Position numbers and translations under genes: made by a program. From the NCBI GenBank assembly GCA_965224245.1, contig OZ245046.1:1472001-1536000 (forward strand): a stretch of DNA of 64,000 nucleotides, read 5' to 3'. The notes under the pieces are model-generated. The model was not told where the DNA came from. It was given only the letters and a program-made list of their open reading frames with translations, and did not search any database. The DNA comes from Candidatus Eiseniibacteriota bacterium (lineage in GTDB: Bacteria > Eisenbacteria > RBG-16-71-46 > CAZAMP01). Within the stretch, counting starts at the first letter, position 1; each line of letters starts with the position of its first letter. Below are positions 58,226-64,000 of the stretch, piece by piece.

Positions 58226-59332
58226 ATGAACGAGGATGTGATCCTCCGCGACTACGAGCCCCGTGACGTTCCGCAGATCACCTCGCTGATGCAGGAGATC
58301 TACGACCCCGAGATCATGGCCAACAGCCGACGCCACTGGCACTGGCAGTACCACGAGAACCCGCGGAACCCGGACGGTCGGGTGGCGATCCGGGTGGTCG
58401 AGCGGGGCGACGAGATCGTGGCGATGATCTGCGGCATCCGGCAGAACTTCTCCCTCGGGGGCACGGTGGTGCCCGGTCTGTGGGTCGTCGACTTCATGGC
58501 CCGGCAGGCCGGCACCAATCAGAAGGAGCGCCACCGGTACGGCCAGCGGCTGGCCCTGGAGCTGAAGGCCACGCAGCCCCTCGTTGCGGGCGTCAACCGC
58601 CCCGCGCTCAACCGCTACTGGAAGCGCGTGCTGGGGGGCCAGATCGACATCTGCGCGTGCCCGATGATGATCCGCCCCCTCCGGGCCGGGGCGCTCGCAC
58701 GCCAGCGGATCGGAAACCCCTTGCTGGCCACGCTGGCCGGGACGCTCGGGCGCGTGGCCCTGCCGATGATGTACCGGGCCCGGCATCCGGACGTTCCGGT
58801 CGGACTGGCGTTCGAGCCCGTCACGCGCTTCGATGCATCGTTCGACGCGTTCTGGGCGCGGGCCAGCACGGGGTTCTCGCACCTCACGGTGCGGGACGCC
58901 GCCTACCTGAACTGGCGCTACCTCGACATCCCCGACCGGGAGTACAGTGCGTTCGTGGCCCGGCAGGACGGCGAGATCCGGGGGTGGGTCGTGCTCCGCG
59001 AGATCCGCGCCGACGGGCTTCGGAAGGGTCGGATCGTCGATCTCCTCGCGCCGCGCGACGACGAGGTGATGTGGCACTATCTACTGGCGGAGGCCGTCGA
59101 CCGGTGCCGGGAGGCCGGATGTGATCTCGTGCACGCGCTCGGCTCGACCGTCGAGCCCCTGATGCGGGCCTTCGCCGCCTGCGGGTTCCGTGCGAACCCC
59201 GAGCACTCGAGGTTGGCGCAGTACATCGCGTACACGAGCGTGGACGGGATCGATCTGGATGAGTTCTACGACGGTGACAACTGGTACGTCACGCTCGGCG
59301 ACTCCGACACCGACTTCGCGACGCCGCACTGA
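58226..59332 (+). CDS. GNAT family N-acetyltransferase (tandem domains)
   Basis: ILRDYEPRD, WHWQYHENP, WVVDFM, VRDAAYLNWRY, YVTLGDSD. Confidence 0.75.
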   Translation: MNEDVILRDYEPRDVPQITSLMQEIYDPEIMANSRRHWHWQYHENPRNPDGRVAIRVVERGDEIVAMICGIRQNFSLGGTVVPGLWVVDFMARQAGTNQKERHRYGQRLALELKATQPLVAGVNRPALNRYWKRVLGGQIDICACPMMIRPLRAGALARQRIGNPLLATLAGTLGRVALPMMYRARHPDVPVGLAFEPVTRFDASFDAFWARASTGFSHLTVRDAAYLNWRYLDIPDREYSAFVARQDGEIRGWVVLREIRADGLRKGRIVDLLAPRDDEVMWHYLLAEAVDRCREAGCDLVHALGSTVEPLMRAFAACGFRANPEHSRLAQYIAYTSVDGIDLDEFYDGDNWYVTLGDSDTDFATPH

Positions 59333-59339
59333 GGGCCCC

Positions 59340-60404
59340 GTGCGCGTCCTTCACCTCCGCAACACGTGCGGTCACTTCGGTGCCGAGCGATGCATCGTGT
59401 CGTGGATCGGCGAGATGTCCTCGACCGATGCGTCGTTTCATCTGGCCGTGTTTGATCATCCCGATCCCTCGACGGCCGAGTTCTACGCCGCGGCCCGTCG
59501 GGCCGGCGCCGAGGTGCACGTTCTCCCGCGGTCACACGTCCGGGCGCCGTCGTCGATCGCGACGGTGACGGCGCTCGTCCGCCGGCATCGCATCGAGGTG
59601 ATTCACGCGCACGAGAACCGGAGCCAGGTCATCGGATGGCTCGTCGGCGGGCTCACGGCGACGCCGGTCGTGGGCACGGTTCACGGCTACGTGCCGTCGA
59701 GCGCGAAGACGCGGCGTTTCAACCGGCTCAACCGCTGGTTTCTCGGAGGACGTCGGCTGGCCGCGCTGACGGTGCCCACCCGGGAGCTCGCCCGCTCGCT
59801 TCCGGGCGCCACGCTGGTTCCGAACGCGATCGCGGGAGCGCTCGCCGACACGCCGATGGCGGTCGACAGCCGACCCGACCCGCCTCACTTCGGCGTGGTG
59901 GCGCGGCTCTCGGGCGAGAAGGGCGTGGACGTGTTCCTCGACACGGTTGCCGGGATGCCGCCGGACTGGCGCTTCTCGGTCATCGGAGAGGGGCCGGCCG
60001 CCGCGACGCTCCGGGCGCACCGGGCCGCGGATCGGGTGGAATGGCTCGGCTTCCGGGCCGACGCGGCCGAGCGGATGCGCGCCTGGTCGGCGCTGGTCAT
60101 CCCGAGTCGTAGCGAGGGGCTGCCGTTGACGTTGCTCGAGGCGATGGCCCAGGGCGTTCCGGTGATCGCATCATCGGTCGGCGGTGTCCCCGACGCGGTG
60201 GCCGACGGCATGCACGGGCTCCTGGTGCCCCCGGACGACGCCGATCGGCTCGGGGCCGCCATGCACGCGCTGGCCCGAGATCCGGTGGGGGCGACCGACC
60301 GCGCGAGCCGTGCGCGGGAGCGTTTTCGCGAGCGCTACACGCTGGCCCGGGTGGCCGAGGCGCTCGCGTCGATCTACGCCGGCGTCGCGCGGAGGCGAAC
60401 GTGA
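59340..60404 (+). CDS. Glycosyltransferase family 4
   Basis: VIHAH, TVHG, VARLSGEKG, PSRSEGLPLTLLEAMAQG. Confidence 0.88.
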   Translation: MRVLHLRNTCGHFGAERCIVSWIGEMSSTDASFHLAVFDHPDPSTAEFYAAARRAGAEVHVLPRSHVRAPSSIATVTALVRRHRIEVIHAHENRSQVIGWLVGGLTATPVVGTVHGYVPSSAKTRRFNRLNRWFLGGRRLAALTVPTRELARSLPGATLVPNAIAGALADTPMAVDSRPDPPHFGVVARLSGEKGVDVFLDTVAGMPPDWRFSVIGEGPAAATLRAHRAADRVEWLGFRADAAERMRAWSALVIPSRSEGLPLTLLEAMAQGVPVIASSVGGVPDAVADGMHGLLVPPDDADRLGAAMHALARDPVGATDRASRARERFRERYTLARVAEALASIYAGVARRRT

Positions 60405-61783
60405 AGGTCTTCGAGGTCGAGGTGTTCGGCCGCGGGGGGCTGACGCACTACGTCTTCAACCTCGCGCGTGAGCTCGGCGCGCGCGGGGTGAACGTGTGCA
60501 TCGTGACCGCGGCCGAGTACGAGCTGGATGCCCAGGCGGCCGCGCTGCCGGTGACGGCCCGGGTGGAGCGTCGTCTGAGCCGGCTGGCCGCGAGGTTGAC
60601 ACGCCTCCCGTACCGGGCCCGGCGCATGCTCAAGGGCGTGGAGTTCGTGACCGATGCGCTGTCGGTGGCCGCCCTGGCGTGGCGGGAGCGCCCCGACGTC
60701 ATCCATCTCCACTGTACGAACGGCATTCTCCTGTGGCTGATGATGTGTCTCCGTCCGCTCCGGATTCCGCTGTGCTACACGGCGCACGACGTGACCCCAC
60801 ACGAGCGGTTCCGGCTCGATCGGCTCGTGTACCGGGCGATCCACGGGCTGGCCGATCACATCATCTGCCACAGCCGGCGCGACCGGGACCGACTCGCCGA
60901 GGAGTTTCACCTGAATCCCGGTCGCGTCAGCGTGATCCCACACGGCGACTACGCGTTCTTCACCGCGCCGGGCGGGTCGGGCGCCGGCGGCGACGATGCC
61001 GGTGCGTCGGAACGCGCGAGTGCGGCCCCGGGCGCGGGCACGGCGGAGAGCGACGAGGCGGGGCTCGGGAAGACCGCCCTCGCGCGGTCGCGTCTCGGCG
61101 TGGCCGACGCCGAGAGCGTCGCCCTGTTCTTCGGCTTCGTGCGCGAGTACAAGGGGCTCGACCTCCTGATCGAGGCGTGGGACGACGTGCGGACCCGCCA
61201 CCGGGGCGCGCGGCTCCTGATCGCCGGCGACCCGTCGCGCATGAGCGCCGAGCGACTCCTGGAGCTGCGCCGCGAGGCCGACCGGGTCGGGGCGGTGCAT
61301 CGGTTCGCGTACGTGCCGTTCGAGGACGTTCCCGACTACTTCGCCGCCGCCGACGTGCTGGTGCTGCCGTATCGCCGCATCTCACAGAGCGGCGTGCTGC
61401 TTCTGAGTCTCTCGGTGGGGGTCCCGGTGATCGCCACCCGAGTGGGCGCGTTTCCGGAGGTGATCGAGGACGGTCGCACCGGTATCCTCATCGAGCCCGA
61501 GTCCCGGGACGCCCTGGTGGACGCGCTCGACCGCGTGCTGGGCGACCCGGAGCTCCGCGAGCGTCTGGGCACCGCGGGCCGTGAGATGGTCGAGGAGACC
61601 TACTCGTGGTCGGCGATCGCCGAGCGCACCGAGCGGACCTTCGCCGCCATGCTGGCCGGTGGGCCATCGGCGCCGAACGCCGTCACCGAGACCGATACGA
61701 ACGCGCCGCCTGCCTCGGCGAGCGTCGGGACTCCGGCCGAGGGATCCCACGACGCGCCGCCGGGTCTGGCGAAGGGAAGCTGA
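60401..61783 (+). CDS. Glycosyltransferase family 4
   Basis: GGLTHY, TAHDVTPH, FFGFVREYKGLD, LPYRRISQSGV. Confidence 0.88.
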   Translation: MKVFEVEVFGRGGLTHYVFNLARELGARGVNVCIVTAAEYELDAQAAALPVTARVERRLSRLAARLTRLPYRARRMLKGVEFVTDALSVAALAWRERPDVIHLHCTNGILLWLMMCLRPLRIPLCYTAHDVTPHERFRLDRLVYRAIHGLADHIICHSRRDRDRLAEEFHLNPGRVSVIPHGDYAFFTAPGGSGAGGDDAGASERASAAPGAGTAESDEAGLGKTALARSRLGVADAESVALFFGFVREYKGLDLLIEAWDDVRTRHRGARLLIAGDPSRMSAERLLELRREADRVGAVHRFAYVPFEDVPDYFAAADVLVLPYRRISQSGVLLLSLSVGVPVIATRVGAFPEVIEDGRTGILIEPESRDALVDALDRVLGDPELRERLGTAGREMVEETYSWSAIAERTERTFAAMLAGGPSAPNAVTETDTNAPPASASVGTPAEGSHDAPPGLAKGS

Positions 61784-61786
61784 ACG

Positions 61787-63283
61787 ATGCCACGCGCACA
61801 CATCCGCACGCGGACCCGGCGTGAGTCCCTGCCCACGATCTCGCCGGCCGTCGTGGCCGCCGCGCTCCTGATCGCGGAGTTCGCGCTGTTCGCGGTGTCC
61901 GCGGGACAGGCGTCGATGGTGATCCGATCGTTCGTGGTCGCGCTGCCGCTGCTGATCTTCATCGCGCGCGCTCCGGTCGTCGGGGTGTACGCGATCGCGT
62001 TTCTGATCCCGCTCGAGCTGTTCGCGCGCATTCCCAACGAGTTCTTCTCGCTGTACAAGCTCCTGGGGCTCTTCACGCTGACCTCGGCCGCGGTCCACTG
62101 GATCTCGGGCGACCGTGGCCTGGCCGGTCAACGGACGGGTCTGCACCGCTGGGTCGGGCTGTTCCTGTTCCTGACCGCCTGCTCGGTCCTGTGGAGCATC
62201 GAGCCCGAGAAGTCACTTCAGGCCGTGCGGCGCCTGGTCTCTCTGGCCGTCTTCTACTGGCTGACGATCCGCCTGGTGAACACCCGGAGCAAGCTGCGGG
62301 GCCTCGTCATCGCGGTGATCGTCTCCTGTGTGATCGCCGCTGCGTTCGCGATCGCCGCGTACGTCCAGGGCGACGCTGTCTTCGACACGCAGACCGACGT
62401 GACCGTCGACGATCGGCTCCGAGCGTCGGGCGCGAGCCTCGATGCGAACTTCTTCGCCGCCACCATCCTGACCGCGCTTCCTTTCTGTCTCCTGGGATGG
62501 CGAACCGAGAAAGGGACCGGGGCCCGCGCGTTTCTCGCGGCGGCCGCGATCGCGATCGTGGCCGGCACCGTCTTCTCGTTCTCGCGCGGCGGCGCGCTGA
62601 CCATGGTGCTCGTCCTGGCACTCGCGTACTTCGCGGCGCTCCGGCGGATGACGGGCAAGGATCTTCTGGGTGCGCTCCTTCTGGTGCCGATCGTCTTCGG
62701 CATCGGGTTCCTGATGCTCCCCTCGGCGTACCGGTCTCGCGTCGAGAGTCTCAGCTCGCCGATCGAGGGCGACGAGTCGATCCGCGGCCGCTGGCTCTAC
62801 GTGGAGTTCGGTCGCGAGGCGGTCTTCGAGAGCCCGCTCGGGGTCGGGGCCGGCGCGTTTCCGATCGCCTTCGCGCAGTCGTCGCAGAACCAGGAGTATC
62901 GATACTACGGCCTCGAGCCCGGCGAGCAGCAGGGCCGCAGCGCCCACAACATGTACCTCGAGGTGTCGGTCGAGATGGGGCTCCTGGGGGGCTTCCTGTT
63001 CTTCTGCATGATCGTGTTCGCGCTCTACGAGTCCCGACGCGTGGGACGCCACCTGGACGAAAAGGACGACGCGTTTCTCGCCACCGCGAACGCGGCGGTG
63101 GCCATCAGCCTGGCCGGCTTCGCGTTCTCGGGGCTGTTCCTGAGCGCACAGTACGAGAAGACCCTGTGGCTGTTCCTGGCTCTCGTGCCCACGATCAAGA
63201 ACCTCTCGTACGAGGGGGAGGTGTTCGTGCCGGACATGCGCAAGCTCCGGCGCGCGCTGGCGCGACGAGGCAAGGCGATATGA
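61787..63283 (+). CDS. O-antigen ligase / Wzy polymerase family protein
   Basis: Multi-TM, DANFFA, SFSRGG, PLGVGAGAF, AHNMYLEVSVEMGLLG. Confidence 0.85.
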   Translation: MPRAHIRTRTRRESLPTISPAVVAAALLIAEFALFAVSAGQASMVIRSFVVALPLLIFIARAPVVGVYAIAFLIPLELFARIPNEFFSLYKLLGLFTLTSAAVHWISGDRGLAGQRTGLHRWVGLFLFLTACSVLWSIEPEKSLQAVRRLVSLAVFYWLTIRLVNTRSKLRGLVIAVIVSCVIAAAFAIAAYVQGDAVFDTQTDVTVDDRLRASGASLDANFFAATILTALPFCLLGWRTEKGTGARAFLAAAAIAIVAGTVFSFSRGGALTMVLVLALAYFAALRRMTGKDLLGALLLVPIVFGIGFLMLPSAYRSRVESLSSPIEGDESIRGRWLYVEFGREAVFESPLGVGAGAFPIAFAQSSQNQEYRYYGLEPGEQQGRSAHNMYLEVSVEMGLLGGFLFFCMIVFALYESRRVGRHLDEKDDAFLATANAAVAISLAGFAFSGLFLSAQYEKTLWLFLALVPTIKNLSYEGEVFVPDMRKLRRALARRGKAI

Positions 63284-64000
63284 TCGTCACCGCCTTCTGG
63301 ATTCTCGTGGCCGTCGTCGCGTTCGCGTTCGTCGTGTTTCCGATCTCGGTCATCGTGCTGGGTGCGGTGCTCGGGCGGCGGCATCGTGTCTCGGAGGCGG
63401 CGCCGTCGGTCTCCGTGCTCATCGCGGCCTACAACGAGGCGCCCGGCATCGCGGCGAAGGTACGGAACGTGCTGGCGCAGAAGTACCCCCCCGAGCGCCT
63501 GCACGTCGTGGTCGTCGACGACGGCTCCACCGACGGTACCGCCGAGGCTCTGGCCGTCATCGACGATCCGCGACTGACCGTGATCAGCGGGGGTGAGCGG
63601 GGTGGGAAGGTCGCGGCGCTGAACGCCGGCATCTCGGCCTGTCGAGGGGACGTGGTCGTGTACACCGACGCCAACGCGGAGTTCGAGCCGCGCGCGATCG
63701 CCGAGCTGACGGCCCCGTTTGGAGACTCCACCGTGGGCGGCGTCTGCGGCAATCAGCTCAACCGTCCCGGTCGGGCCGCGCTGGCGGTCGGCGAGCGCAT
63801 GTACTGGGAGTACGACAAGCTCGTCAAACGGATGGAGAGCCTGACCGGGTCGATCGTCGCCGCCGACGGCTCGATCTACGCGCTCCGGCGCGAGCTGGTG
63901 GAAACGATCCCGCCCGGAGTGACGGACGACTTCTTCCTCTCCACCGGCGCGATCAGGCACGGACACCGACTCGTGTTCGCCGAGAAGGCGCGATCGATCG
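63280..64000 (+). CDS. Glycosyltransferase family 2 (3' truncated by window edge)
   Basis: ATG 63280 overlaps upstream stop; VSVLIAAYNEA, DDGSTDGT, GKVAALN, TDAN, DGSIYA, TDDF. Confidence 0.88.
   Translation, partial: MIVTAFWILVAVVAFAFVVFPISVIVLGAVLGRRHRVSEAAPSVSVLIAAYNEAPGIAAKVRNVLAQKYPPERLHVVVVDDGSTDGTAEALAVIDDPRLTVISGGERGGKVAALNAGISACRGDVVVYTDANAEFEPRAIAELTAPFGDSTVGGVCGNQLNRPGRAALAVGERMYWEYDKLVKRMESLTGSIVAADGSIYALRRELVETIPPGVTDDFFLSTGAIRHGHRLVFAEKARSI

Noticed and set aside
1-64000. rRNA, tRNA, CRISPR arrays, prophage or integrase genes
   Set aside because: None recognised by eye; intergenic spaces are short and lack regular repeat-spacer structure.

Overview
GC-rich, gene-dense bacterial chromosome window. 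The gene content (PorV-like barrel, FlgD-Ig C-terminal domain, TonB, TolC) suggests a diderm FCB-superphylum-type organism such as Eisenbacteria, Latescibacteria or Krumholzibacteria; this is inference only. In order it carries: tonB-like/tolC/ABC ATPase; uvrA; gcvT-gcvH running into an uncharacterised 8-gene cluster built around a GlmL/MutL-type ASKHA ATPase and several membrane proteins; a metallophosphoesterase, a divergent cold-shock protein and dusB; a two-gene minus-strand islet whose proteins share a matching amyloid-like motif (C-terminus of a membrane protein, N-terminus of a small helical protein); archaeal-type topoisomerase VI (B and A) split by an APH-like kinase; a compact bacterial microcompartment locus with no signature enzyme; HU, bS22-like, PilZ, PorV, BON-like, TPR and PEGA genes; an S55 peptidase/beta-propeller pair; and a large Wzx/Wzy polysaccharide locus containing an IS110-family (IS1111-type) element with recognisable ends, a candidate bridge RNA and a frameshifted C-terminus. 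The best candidates for an undescribed system are the NLR-free amyloid-motif gene pair (17546-19739) and the GlmL-ATPase membrane cluster (7776-14674). All calls come from reading motifs by eye; no database searches were run, and several start codons are best guesses.
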